Of a stretch of DNA of 64,000 nt, positions 22,201-36,600 are shown piece by piece. The stretch covers positions 124,001-188,000 of the forward strand of contig CM082581.2 of the NCBI GenBank assembly GCA_040954595.2, in the 5' to 3' direction. How positions within the stretch are numbered: position 1 is the stretch's first letter; every line of letters starts with the position of its first letter. Under the pieces are notes generated by a model. That model searched no databases. It had not been told where the DNA came from and worked only from the letters and a program-made list of their open reading frames with translations. Origin of the DNA: Balanoglossus misakiensis. Lineage: Eukaryota > Animalia > Hemichordata. Made by a program: the position numbers and the translations under genes.

Positions 22201-25200
22201 TATTATTATTTCTATTTTTGTGTTTGTACAACATCAGTGAAGTTTAAATCATAATAAAAAAAAATGATAATTATCATTATTAACTGCTATAGATTCAAAC
22301 TTACTTGTCTCACACCTGTTTCCCTAGTAACACTCTGTGCACATGCCAATGGTGGCAGTACAAGAATTTGCCTGTTGTTGGCAGGTACCTCCATTGAGAC
22401 AAGGACTAGTGAAGCATGGATTAGGAACTGGAAGACAGGAATTCAAAATTTTATACAACAGTTACCTATGGTAACACCAGTACACGTTCATTATTTCTCT
22501 GTTATGTTTTTATACTGGTGATTTTACTGTTTTTATTACCGATCATATGACTGACTTAAAGATGATGATGATGATGATAATGACTACACCTGCTATTATT
22601 ACTACAATGTACCTCAGCACTTAGATTTTTTAATAAATGACAAAGTACTGTACTCACGTGTTTCACATGTGAAGCCCAGGTAGCAGCCAGCACATAGACA
22701 TGTGACGCCTGTACAAGATCCCTGGATTGCTTGGCAAGTACCAGCATTCCGGCATGGGTTAAGGTTTGTGTTCGCACGGATTCATTGCTGCAAATGTACA
22801 CAATATTTACAAAATAAAACAGTATACAACTGTAAGTATTTATAATCATCAATTGTGAATATCACACCAATCAAGGCCTTTTAATGCACCCTGATTGCTG
22901 AGAGCTGAAATACGTGAACCAACGTGTATTTGTTTTCACTACTATATCACATGACATTCTGCATCTCTTTTCCATAGTTGGAGTCTGCACCCAACATTGT
23001 ATTCCGGGGTAGCACTACCCGGAACCCCGAAACTTTTTCGTCATCATCCGAGTACTTTTCCCAGCATGCAGTTGCCAAGAAGGCTGCACAGGGAGTTTTT
23101 AATTTTGCACTGGTATACAATTTTTTTATTCGTCAATTTCACAGACACGTGCATTGCACATCAAAATTTTGCGTCAGAAGTGAGGACAACTTAACTAGGT
23201 ACCAATGCAATGTGGTTTTAGGCGGATTTGAACTTTTCCTTTAATGTAACAGTTGTATTGACATGCGATTATCATACTGAACATGAAGCAATCTCAAAAT
23301 TGCTAAAAATAAAATAATTCAGAACATTTAGATTCTACAATGGTGAAAAAATATGACAAACCTTCCAAAATTCTTATTTTTGAGGCCATTTTACAAAAAT
23401 CTACGAGCCTGGCAAAATCTGAAAGAGGTGCTAGATAAAGGGCGCTTTTTCAAAACTCTAGATGGTTGACCCCCAATTTTTATTCCATAGATTAAATGTT
23501 TAGAAGTCATAGTATCATCAGTATTAATTTTAACATGATCAGACGACCCTTTATTTCGAGGTGCGCAACACCTTAAATATGTTTTTACGACTAAGACGAC
23601 TACAAACCTGGTAGAAGGGGAGTACATGTTGTTGATGGTCCCAGAGAGTAGGTTCTTGATGTGCAGGCAAGTGGGTGATGTTGCTGCACACTGACAGCCT
23701 GGATCGCAAGGGGTACAGGATACTTCTGTGGCTGTGTCAGCATAATAACTTGATGGACAAGGAATGGGGCTGTCTGACCCATCTGGACAGTAGTTACCTA
23801 CGCCGCAATCAGCACATGTCATGTCTGTAGAATAACAGCAGCTTGTGTAGTGAGTGTTTTGCCGATATGACAGAGTTCAAGTATGCTTATTTGGTTAAAT
23901 TTTAAAAGGAATATCACCCGCTGTTTTAGAGTTAATATTGCGAAAGGGACTTCATAAGTTGTCTGAAAACACCAGTTTCCCCAATTTTCACTAATGTATA
24001 GGAATACATGAGAAGTCGGCCAGATTAGAAGTCAGCCACTACGCGCGTATGAGAAGTCGGCCAGTTGTTGAACTTGTACCCGAATAGTGCAGTGATGACC
24101 CAGATTACTTATAACAACACTTAATAAAATATAATTGCACTAGATATTTTCATTTGGACGGATTTCCCAAATTCTTGACAACACAATGGCGTCATTTCAA
24201 ATAATGGCGTCTGGCATCCGTACCAGTTCCCCATCCCCGTATCCGCGTAAGGAGCTTAGGTTGTTCGCCAAATTCCTGTGACATTTCTGATTAAAGGGAG
24301 TTGTTTCAAAGCCTACTAAAATACATAGAAGATGTATGTGTATATTCATACTTTCTGAGACAACACCAAACAAACAAACAAACAAACGTGACAAGGAACA
24401 GACTACTGGCGCAGCTCAAGAAGTGCAGGTGACTGATGTTGACGTACCCCGGTGACGTACATGAAAAGTGAACAGACAGTTTTAAAATTCATCGGCTATT
24501 TGTACAAATATCTCAGCTCCTGTACATCAAGGAAACATTTCGTAGTGAAACAGTTATATATAACACAAAGTACCAGGGTTCTCTCCCACAGGCCGACTTC
24601 TCGTACTGGCCGATACCGACTTCTCATACTGGTCGACTTCTCAGGACACCATGTATAGCATAGCTGTTGAACTAAAAAAATATGTAAAACTACAAGTGAT
24701 GTAAACAACTTGTGGAACCATGTTCAAATCGAGACCAGAAGAAAAGAGATTTCAAGACTTACCTCCTTCAACACTTTACTTCCCTGTAGCGCACTGTGTG
24801 ACATTTGTAGTTGTGCATTCATAACCAGAAGGACTTGGCCGAACCTAGCGAGTATGAACCTATCACAGAAAAAATTCAAAGAACGATTGGTTTGGTCCAA
24901 CGATCCCTTATTAGAGAGATGTCCGTAATCACAGGTGTTACTGTACAATACCTCTTCAGTGGAATCATTGTGTTTTTCAAAGTGCATCACAATATCAACT
25001 CCAATGAGCATAACAGTTTAATTTTCTGTGTATGTCATGCTATAACACAGGGAAGTCATAAGAGTAATTTGCAGCCCAACTTACCAGTAACTGTTGAACA
25101 ATCAACTACGGGTGACATGGTTGGACACTTGGATCCTGCTGGACAAGGCGTGCATGTGCCGTCGCCTTCCATAGCATATTCACCATTGCCACAGTCAAGC

Positions 25201-25526
25201 GGATCTTACATTGGATCTGAACACGATTGTCCAGCAGGGCACAGAAGACGGGATGTGCGTGCAGGCTCCTCACTTATTTCATCTGATTAAAGAAAATGAG
25301 GTTTTTAGTGAAGTATTTGTGATACAGTGTCATTTAAAATAACAAATTACTTGAGATGATTCACTTCATAATTCTGAGACAAGTATACGGGCATGTAGAA
25401 AATTCTTTGGAGGACATTAAACGTCATTTCTAATCAACCATTTTCTGAATATCATAAGACTCTGCGAGATCTCACATGGCTAACCGGGTCTCGCAAGATT
25501 TCGCACTGAGTTGATAATCTGTTGTA

Positions 25527-25558
<32 letters not shown>

Positions 25559-26184
25559 TAACCCCAGTCGCACTGACTTGAAAATCTGTTGTAAACACAT
25601 ACATGCATACACACATACCACTCAGTTTCATCACACAGCAAACTGAACAAGTACCACAATCTTACCATTTGTACATCTGGTACAGTTTGTTGCACCAGCC
25701 AATGACACGTAACCCTTGGTACACTTGAATTGCGATGCACTGGGATCTGTGCAGGCGTACCCTTGCTCACAAATAGTACACTGTTCAGCACCGGCTGATC
25801 TGTAAATCAAACAAAGAATTTACACACCAAGTTAACCTTTGAATACCACTGTAAAAAATTGGCGCAAATTTTAATTATTTTCATAAATAGAGGTCTATTC
25901 AAATTTGGAAAAATTGTCATTTTTTCATTCATATATTATATCAGTAAATTTTAAATACAGAAATGGAAAATGTTCCCATCCTATTTTTCAGTTAGTAAAT
26001 TACCTGACCTAATGTTTGATGTTGGAAATAAAGGTTGGTGGGTAGAAGTTTACCTGTTATGCAAGAGGTACAGCGAGACATCCTTTGTCCAAGGCCGAAC
26101 TGTAATAACCAGCCGAGCATAAAATCACAGTGTTACCATTTGGACATTGGTTACCAGCTGGGCAATCAGCACATGATGTTTGTG
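16103..26184 (-). pseudogene. Cys-rich/8-Cys EGF pseudogene fragment, copy B
   Basis: Same exons as copy A plus the exon at 16103..16225. One exon is lost and one truncated by the deletion at 18910/18911. Confidence 0.85.
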
Positions 26185-29100
26185 CTGAAAATAAACAGAG
26201 ATTTATAGAATCTTATAGTCACAGTCATACCTTCAAAGACGTGGGATTCTCACGCGGGTTGGGGACACAAAAATCCCTGGCAAAAGATTGAGGACAGGAA
26301 AATGCCAAACCAGAGATATTGGTAACAGAAACTGTATACAGTCAATGCCATATGGCAGTGTGCTGTTCTAACAACAGACAAGAATGTGACGATCATAGTC
26401 TGTGTCGGAGATTTGGAAAAGAGCAAATTCGGTGAAAAGACGGGACAAAACAAAAGTCTACTTATACAATGCACATGAAAACTGGATGAAAGCGAAGCAG
26501 TCCACTATTTGAATGCATTGGATGTAAAATTGGCAGAATATTTGGACTGGACGTAATGTTTGTATGGGGTGCCATGTGTTAACTTATTATTTAGCTAAAT
26601 TATTTGTTCAAAAGTCGTTATTTAACATACTTATATGTATGTAATTATAGATTTGCAAACCATTTAAGTCCTGACAATTTATTTATAAATAATTTCAAGT
26701 CGATTCAATTATATACATAAAATGTATTTTATGCTCTTTTATTTATATATAATAAATTATTTATAAACAATGTCAGTGTCAGTCTATTATATATATATCA
26801 TGAGTGATGTACATAATTATTTATATATAATTAATTATTTATAAATAAAAAAAATTTAAGTGTATTATATATATATCATGAGTGATTTATAAATAATTTA
26901 AGTGCAAGTCTATTATATATATATCATGAGTGATTTACATTATATAATGAATTATATATAAATAAGTGATTTCTAAACCATGAAAAAATGCACTCGCGCC
27001 GTTTGTCAACTTATTATTTAACGCAAACTCATTATTTAACGCAAACTCATTATTTAAGGCCTGTTCACACGACCCCTTGCATTTGGATCATTACGCACAC
27101 ATATAGTCCCCACACGTGAACAAGAAATGCACATTACGTGCGGTCATTTCATTTTTATTATACTCCTTTCAAAGGTTAGATGAAACACCGAAAAAGGTAT
27201 CAACTAGTTAGTGATTTTAGCCCGTGATTGCAATGTTTGATTGAAACGCGAAAAGCTGATCGATAGCTCTACATTGTGGTCTCCGAGGTCAAAGGTTGGC
27301 CGGTCATGACAATGCCATTATTAAAATAGGGGCCAGTCTTCAAGACGTGACTCTACCAGCCTCCAGACCAGGAACTGGCGACCCGCCGTTTGTTTCCAAC
27401 GCCAAATTTGATTCTAATGTTGAATTTACGAGAAAACAATTTATCTGACCTGTAGTTTTTTGGCTCACTTACGTTTTGATGACTGGCCCCTATTTTAATA
27501 ATGGTACCACATGACTCAGTATGTCCAGCTAAAGGCAAGTCATGCAGGAAGTGTGGCAAACCTAACCATTTAGCCAAATGCTACCATTCAAAAGGCAAGG
27601 CAAATAGGGTAGACAAGGATAAAACTGTCAAAGCTGTGCATAAAGTGGAAGACAGCTCGGGAGATGAATACTGCTTCACTGTACAACAATCAAATGGCAG
27701 GAGGCCTCGAGTAACAGTGCAGATAGAACAAACAGCAGTTGCCTCACTGATCGACCCTGGTTCTACAATAAACATGATGGGTGTAAACACATACAACAAC
27801 CTAAAGAACAAACCCATGTGGCAAACAGAAAGCCCGTTTTACCACTGCCAGCAGTGCATTATTGAGTATTTTAGCATCGCTGGATTTAGCTCTCGTCCAA
27901 TCAGAGTTGCAGACGGTAGCATGATATACTAGTAATATAATTGAGAATAAATCTCGCGACAAGTGTACAGTTTGACAATGTACACAGATAATCCGTTTCA
28001 ACAATGTTTCCTTTGTAGTGTGAATAAAACTGCACACTTTGCAAGTTTTCAACTTCAAAACACTATGGCTATTACAGAGACAAAGCTGCTAATATACAGT
28101 GTATACCTGTTATTTTTGTTTGTGGTGAGATTTTCATTGGCACAGTCGCACAGAGCTCACACAAGAGGAAATTACACTTTCTGTTGAATTCACTGCATAC
28201 TGCTAACTTTAAGTCATATATCCACTGAAACATTAAGTTATAGAATTTTCCATCGCAGTATTCTGTTTTATATACATGTATAGCAGTCCCACACATATTG
28301 ATTAATTTGACAAAAGAAACTGACTGACAATTTTCACAGCGCTCCCAGTAAAGCATCCTTGGCAGGTGCACGTCAATGCCACACACGAGGTTAGGGTTGG
28401 CAAGTGCTGCCATTTTGACATGGGTTGTTAGCACTAATCAATTCCTACGCATGACAGAAAAATGAAGAATTAGGCTATGGGCCGGAACTGCCTATCGTTT
28501 CAAAATGCACTCTGTATATTAGGGTCTATTTCTTTTACATAAAAGACAAGTCTTCTTGCTCTAATATGATAAAATAAAAAAACTTCAACTTAAATATTGC
28601 GTCCTCAGAGGTAATATCGAGCCCTAAAAATCAGGTATGCTAATGCGGTTAAAGGTCGTGCAGTTCTCCTTATAACAATCGTTCGATTGGTGGTTACGTG
28701 ACTGCATCAATCACAGAATGCGTTATGTCACTCAGCAATTACACACACAGGGCAAACTATCAGGCAGCTACATGTACACTAGTATACATGTTACAGAAGA
28801 TTAAACAGAATTTTTGGTAAGGAAAGTTTGAGCAGACTAGTCCATTCAATGTAAAAAATGGTGCTGATTCCAAAAAAGTCAGTCTTATTGACCCCTTTGA
28901 AGACAAAATTGCCATTTTTGCCACTTTTAACCCAAAAGGTCATTAAAAAAACCCACTCAAAACACACTGTTTTCATCACATTCGGAGATCTGATGACATT
29001 TGAGGATTATGCGGAAACAGTGACACAGCAGAATAAAAATTACAGGTGACATTTGCAAGCACTTATGATCTGACCATATAGAAATATGCAATGTAAAAAC

Positions 29101-30651
29101 ATTAACAAGGAACATGCCCAATAAACTGTCATGTGTCATGGCAGTCTTACAAGTGGTGCTAGAAAAAGAAATTGACCAAAAATTGTCTGTACACAAACAC
29201 ATATGCGAAGCAACTTCTTTCAGTCAGCCCTGGAACAGACACACACTGACCTGCCACTGGTAATTAAAATGTGATAGCTGGTGGTCTCTGTAACAGCTGG
29301 CCTATTTAAGTTATGTAAACATGTCTTTGTTCGAGGTAACAACTCCTTGTAAATAGTAACTTTAAAAACAACTGGACAATTTGTTTAGGAGAAGATTTGC
29401 TAACCAAAAACAAAGAAACTTACCAAAAAAACTCGCTAAATATTTAATCTTTCTGATCTCAGAATTGAATAAAAGTTGCACATATACAGGTATGTGTTAT
29501 GAAATTATATCCTAAATTTCAAAGCAATCAGAGAAAAAACTAATTTCAAAGCAATCCAACAAGCAGTTTCACAGAAAATATTTGTTCAAAAGTGGCAAAA
29601 ACACAAATATGAAAATATCACCAAAATTGTACAATATCTTACTTCAATCACTACAAGGAACATGCTGCCTAAGTTCAATGCAATAGGACAAGCGGTTTCA
29701 GTGAAAACAATTTTTGACAAAAATTGCAAAAGTTTCCCCGATAACACATTTATGCAAATATCACATTTTTTACAACATATTATTTAGGTTACCCCTACGA
29801 ACATGCCTACCAAATTGCAAAGCAATCTGGCATGAGGTTTTAAAGAAAAACATTTTTTGACCAAAAATGGCAAATAATGCTCAAAATTATAGATATGCAA
29901 ATTTTGCAACAATTTGAACAAAACTATGGTTACTTAGACAACATTAGGAGGCTTCATACTAAATTTCAAAGACTTTTACCAATAACATGGAAAAATACAA
30001 AAAAATGCAAAAAAAATAGGAAATCGATAATATTAGCTCAAAACATACAGGGTTGTATGAGGTTGATATAAGGTACATGCATACCATTTTTCAAATCAAT
30101 ATGACCAGTGGTTGTCCAGTTTTTGAGTTTTGACCAATTTCACATTTTCCCAGCTAATTTGCATATTTTTGGCAATGACATCTTCATTTGAACAAACTCC
30201 CATCTACAGCCCTGCCTGCATCTACACGCCAAATATCGAGGTCAAACGCGCTGCGGTTTTCAAGTTTTTCATGTGGACGGACATACAGACATACATCCAT
30301 CCATCCATCCATACATACAGACGTAACCAATCCCATAAGTTCCCATGGTACATACCAATGGGACCTAAAAACTTGTGACTTACATGTAACACATGTTTGC
30401 CCAGTGTAGCAGGTTGGACAGTTGCAGGTGTAGATTGAGCAGGAGCCTTGAAGTGGCTGATACACTCCGTTATTCAGACATGGGTTTAGAAGACACTGGT
30501 TGATCGCTAAGGGTGAGAGAAATGAAAAGTATCACATTAGGGTCTTACACACTTGAGTGGGAAGTGAAATCTGTAGCAGACTGTCAGAAGATTGCACATC
30601 CGTGTGATCATGTTCATGTGTGAAGGATAATGAAGACCACTTGATCCAAGC
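16371..30651. repeat. Tandem macro-repeat unit, copy 2 (14281 bp; 622-bp deletion, lacks the copy-1 insertion)
   Basis: Near-identical to copy 1, with offsets 16370/15748/14272/14280/14281. Confidence 0.97.
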
Positions 30652-33600
30652 TTGGTGCTACCATCTTTATCATAATTACTGAATCTTATAATATTTACTA
30701 GTTGGGGGTGGGTGGGGTGGGGGTGGGGGTAGTTGATGTCATAACTTTCTGATGTTTCAATTTACGGTTGGAAAAATAGCAACATCTACACTGATGAGCA
30801 TTTGAGTCAATGAAAGTATTCATCATGGCTACCGTAGTGCATATAAGTCTCTTGGTTAGCTGCACAATCACAGGCAACTTTATTGAGACAATATCAATGA
30901 CAAAGCCCAGCGATTTCTACTTTGTGCGGGAAATCTGACACTGGTTTGCTTACGTTCAGCGCACGTGGTTCCGATGAAACAGCGTGGACTCTGGCATCTG
31001 AACTCGGTGCAGGACACTTGCTGGCAGAATCCACTGTTTAGACAAGGGTTGGGCTGACACGGATTCAAATCTGTGCACAGAAGAGAAAGTGATATAAATT
31101 GTGTACAGTTAATATTTACTACATATACTTTAAACAGATTTGTGCAGTCAGGGTTGAGTGGTAAAAATCTCAGTTGGTCAACAGAACATCACTGTGACAA
31201 ATTTCTTCCATGTTCAACAAAAGAAACGTAATGAAATTTTGACACAGGTGTAATAGTGTCTTAGTGTACCATACGGTGCAGGTTGTTATTTGGTCAAATA
31301 CACAATCCCCTTTTATGGCACACACATTCTTAATAAATTTCCCCAAAATTGTGTCGTTATTCACTGTTTGATACAGGTTGGAAGAAACCAACTGCAAGCC
31401 GATTATGTGTTATGTTATTATGTTCCTCTTCATCTGAAATTTAAAATCACTCACATGTCTGACATAAATCGCCGGAGTAACAGCTTGTACAGGAGCATGT
31501 GAATTCAGTACACCAATTGGGCGTCAGCACACAGTTTCCACCATTCCGACACTGGATGGGTTGACACTGGTTGACAGCTGTGGGATGTGCAGTCAAGATA
31601 TTGTCAAAATTACAGAATCTACAAACTACACTCCACAGTCATGTACATGTATACATGACAACAACCAAAGGGCTGTTTTGAAAAACCAAATGCTGTGAAA
31701 TCCTTTAGAGTGTGACAAGAAACCACAGTTGCAACCAAAAACAAAAATAGTGATAACATTAAGCTAGCCCAAAGTTTGAGTTACCAGGGCTTTAATATGT
31801 GTACCGTACTTATATTATATAATATATAACAAGTGTTTTGCATTGAATAAAATAATATTGGTTAGTACTTACGCATTGTACATGTGGCACCAGTGAAGCA
31901 TTCGGTACACATACAGTCAAACAGGAAACAGCCGTCTCACGCAACGCATGTGCCACCATTTTGACAAGGCATAGGGTATAACTGATCAATGGCTGCCAAA
32001 ACAAAAATGAAAGTATCAATTACCTGCTTGTCAAAAACTTGTACATGTACTTGTGATGTTCATTTCGTTTAAATATGTGAGCAATGTCTTCATTCCTTGT
32101 TTCAAACCTTTACATTTAAAATAACATAATGATGCTATTGCTAGGATTTTTCTGTAAGAATCTTGAAAAATTAAAAAAATGTGCCATCAACATGATACAG
32201 AAGGCTTTCCTTTTTAACATGCACCTCACACTCAATTTTGACCCTACATCAGCAAATTTTGAAAGGATGAAACTTAGTAATGCTTCCACCCCATTTATTG
32301 GTGTATGGGTCCATCTATCACATTGAGAATACCAAAAATGAGGGTTTATATACCACGCTGTGTCATAAAACAGTAATTCGACACACCTACGGCACAGATG
32401 GCCCCAGTCCAACACTACTGGCAGTAACAGGTGTAGTCAGTATAAGAATTTGGTGTTTTGGAACAATAGCCTCCATTTTGATACGGATTCTGATCACATG
32501 GGTTAATGACAATCAGAAAAAAAAATAGTTTAAAACACATGAAATGCAGATGGCTACACCTCAACCAAAGATGATTCCTGCACCACAACAAAATCCTTTG
32601 ACACAAGCATTATACTGGAACCATACCCAGAACACGCATTAAGTATATGATGAAGGGACAATGTCTCTATTTTGGGTAATACAGTAAAACCTGTCTTTAT
32701 GGACACTTCTCTAATCAGAACACCTAGTAAGATTGATTTTTCAAGCCAAATAGTAAGGATAATTAAGGACGTCTCTTTTACTTAATACTAAGAGGTGTGC
32801 ACCACCTTAGGAGAGATTACCTCACATGCACAATTATCTCTACAGACACTAGTCTTCAAGAGGCAACTCTTGTATATTTGAGTGATGAAAACATCCAACT
32901 TCGTACACTTCCTCACAAGTTCGTGCCTATCCTAAATTGCACGGACATACAAATGAAATTTCTGTTTCCTTTTCCTTTCTTTTCTCTTGGGGAAATTTTA
33001 GAAATGAGAAGTTACCACACAATTCAATTGCCATGAAGAGAAAGTGCCCAAAAGATTGTCATTTACGGTACGTCAGAAACTTACATATTTCACAACGGTT
33101 ACCCTCATAGCAACCAGTACAGGCACAGGTATATGCCGTGCAGGAGTTGGCCACTGCATTACATACAGCCCCGTTGAGACAGCTGTTTCGCTGGCATGGA
33201 TCTTGGACTGCAATAAAAAGTGCAACCTAATGTTATCTCAGCAATATTTACTTTCAAAATCTGTTTGATGAAAACATCATCATTACCATTACTGTAAATA
33301 CTGAACGGAACTTCACTTCCAAAAACAACTTGCTCATTCTGGGACGCACTTATGGGGCTATGAAAATCTCTGTATATGTATCTTGTGTAGGGAAAATTTT
33401 CATGAACGATCAACAGTTTTTTCTTCAAATAAACATGTTTTCTTTCAGCTGTACATCATTTTTGAGGTGACCGATTCCCAAGGACCAAGGTGTGATGCTG
33501 AAGATGAAAATATAAAGTATGACCAACAGACAATGTATTGAGACATGATTGTAAATGTTAGTTCCTGCATGACAAATGTTTGTTTTAATGAGTTTTACAC

Positions 33601-36600
33601 TGGCTGCAGTGTGTGCCGGTGAAACATCCTGGACAAGTCATTCTCGCAAGCCAGAGCCGACCGTGTTTCCGCTCCGCGGAGCTACGCAAAAAACGGGCTC
33701 TGGCAGATTACAGTAGGGAACCCCGGAATTTAGGACGTAGACTAATGAATTATTCATGAGAAACGACATTGGAATTAGCCAATCAGTAGTCGTTTTATCG
33801 CGAGCTCTTCGGCTGCTGTCAGCTTTAAATCCGCCATTTTGCACTGTCATTTAAATAAGTTATGCAGTTTTATGAGACGGGCTCTCTGATTGGTTCCTTT
33901 GTCTGGCTGCTGGAACTGACGCTGGGATCCGCGAAAACCTTCCAAATCCACCACGGCCTGTTGGCGGTAGCGCGTAGCAGTTGCCGTAAACAGGTCGTGG
34001 TTTTACGACGATGGGACAAGTACACTCATAAGTTGTACAAGACAGCTGAGTACACCGCCCATTGTTCAGGCATGGACTTGGCCTACATGGAGTTTGTTCT
34101 GTTTCAATGGCATGAAAAAAAAATAGTAGTGACATAAGTTTTTTAGGGTATGACCATTTCCCTAATTCCTACAGCTGTGGTTCTATCGGGTTCTCCTATA
34201 ACTGAGCCTCCTAAATGTATAACTGAACAATAAGAAGTCAAGGGTGCCCTGACACCCAACTTTTAAGAGCAGTTCATTTACTGAAACTGCCAGCACCCAA
34301 TATTATCCCACATGTAATCCATATGTGGAATTATATTATACCAGTATATTGAAGGTGTAAATCACGCTATTTGATTGGTCGAGACACGACACGTGACCAG
34401 GATATATTAGCCATATACCACAGTCATATATCATAGTCAAAGAAAATGCCTTTTTAAAATGTTTTATGCAAAGTTTCAATATACTGGCATAATATAATAG
34501 CAATAAAACACCCCCAGCCATGGTATACCACTCGATTTTGACCAGTTCAACTCCATATACGCACTCGCTATCGCTCGTGCGTATATGTCGTGAACTGGTC
34601 AAAATCTCGTGGTATACCATGGCTGGGGGTGTTTTATTGCTTAAATCAAATACACCTGTAACAGTTTTAATTTACCATGTGGGTATTTGCATGGAGGGCC
34701 ATGGTATTTGTTATCTACTGATAAAATACCCTTCAAAACAATATCCTCATTTCTTCAGAAGTTTGGCAACAAGACCAATAAAATTTGAAGTTTCACATCA
34801 AAATATACAATGCATAAATATGCTTAAAGATCTACGGAATAAAGATTGCTTGTTTGTTTGCAGGGTGTCTTGAAAGTATATACTCACTTGTTTGACCATG
34901 GACCCTAGAGAAAGAAGGACGCGCAACTCCAGTTTTTTCTTGAAATGATGTTCTTTTGCATACATTATTTCCAGGTAAATCCCAATAATCCAATTTGCAA
35001 ATAAACTGTGTATAAACTAACGCAAAGTCTCGCGTTTTGCGTGAAGTTATCACAAACACCTTAGAACATCTCGCAGAAGACGAGAAAACTGCAACGTGGT
35101 TGAACGCAGCAATCATTTATGGAACACATCTGCACAAGTTAAACAGGAATTTGGCACCTCTGAGTCTGACAGCGTCCAAAACAAGCATCTTTTGTCTAAC
35201 AGTCCGGGTATTTCACAAGGCTGTGAGCTAACCGTACCGAGGGTTGCCTGGCGGCAATAGCGCACACATGAAAATCCAGCCAGTTTGTTTATAAATTGTT
35301 TTCGTGAAATCTGTTTTATTGTTCACGCACTGCGAAATAAAATGCCCCTAAACCACAATTTTTGTTTCAATGCTTCACGCAAACATAAAATTATTACGAA
35401 AAGTGTCAGCGTTACCAAGAAATATGAGTGCCCAGTCGGACATGCAAGAAGGACGCGCAACTCCAGTTTTTTCTTGAAATGATGTTCTTTTGCATACATT
35501 ATTTCCAGGTAAATCCCAATAATCCAATTTGCAAATAAACTGTGTATAAACTAACGCAAAGTCTCGCGTTTTGCGTGAAGTTATCACAAACACCTTAGAA
35601 CATCTCGCAGAAGACGAGAAAACTGCAACGTGGTTGAACGCAGCAATCATTTATGGAACACATCTGCACAAGTTAAACAGGAATTTGGCATGGATGATTT
35701 GTTTACAATTTTTAAATGAAGCTTGTGGCACTAGAAATGACCGTTCATCCGACAGACGACCATAATAATTAGCACAGACATCGTAATACTTTTAGAATTT
35801 TAGAAAAAAACGCAGTGGCTGCTGAAATGCAGGAGTGTCAGTTTGGTGGCAAGTTTTCGCATCACTGGTGGGGTCGACACGTGCCGAAGTAAGGAAGTCA
35901 TTGTCCAACTGTCCTGGGTGTTAATTATATGCAAAAGAACATCATCATACAGATAATCCCCAAACCCTTTGATCTTTGCCGCAGTTGCTCGTCCTTCTTT
36001 CTCTAGGGTCTATGGTTTGACAGATGTCACCTGTGTAAGAGTTCACACACTGGCATGAATAGAAATTGCACGATGTTTGCTGGCAAAATCCACCATTCAT
36101 ACATGGGTTGGGATCACAGGGGTTTTGCACTGGAAATTAAGAAAGGACGCCATTTTATTCCTTGCTACTCATTCTACAGTACAGATATGGCAAAAACCTT
36201 GCAGAATTATGGCAAGGGTGTGTGGAGTGATTGTGCCTACAACTTATATTAGGCTGGTATCAAGTTGTTCACACCTCCATAGATCATGTGGCAGTGACTG
36301 TGAGGCAAGGGCTTCCCTTCATGAAATCAAAGACCTGTGTACTGGAGGAGGGTTCCTTGCAAATGCTTGACTTGACTTCAAGCATACCTGTAGACTCATA
36401 TGTAAATTTACACTATCTGGCCTGGAGTGAGAATTTCCATAGTGGATGTGCGTTGACAAAAGGCTGTAAAATTGGCCAGTCGCGCATAATGTTTCTTGAA
36501 CTAAGACAATCAAGACATTATGCGCTACGAAAGTGATTTTGATTGGGAAGAGTGTAATCTTGCATTCGATGTCAAGAACGCTCCAAGCTCTGCTGTGGTG

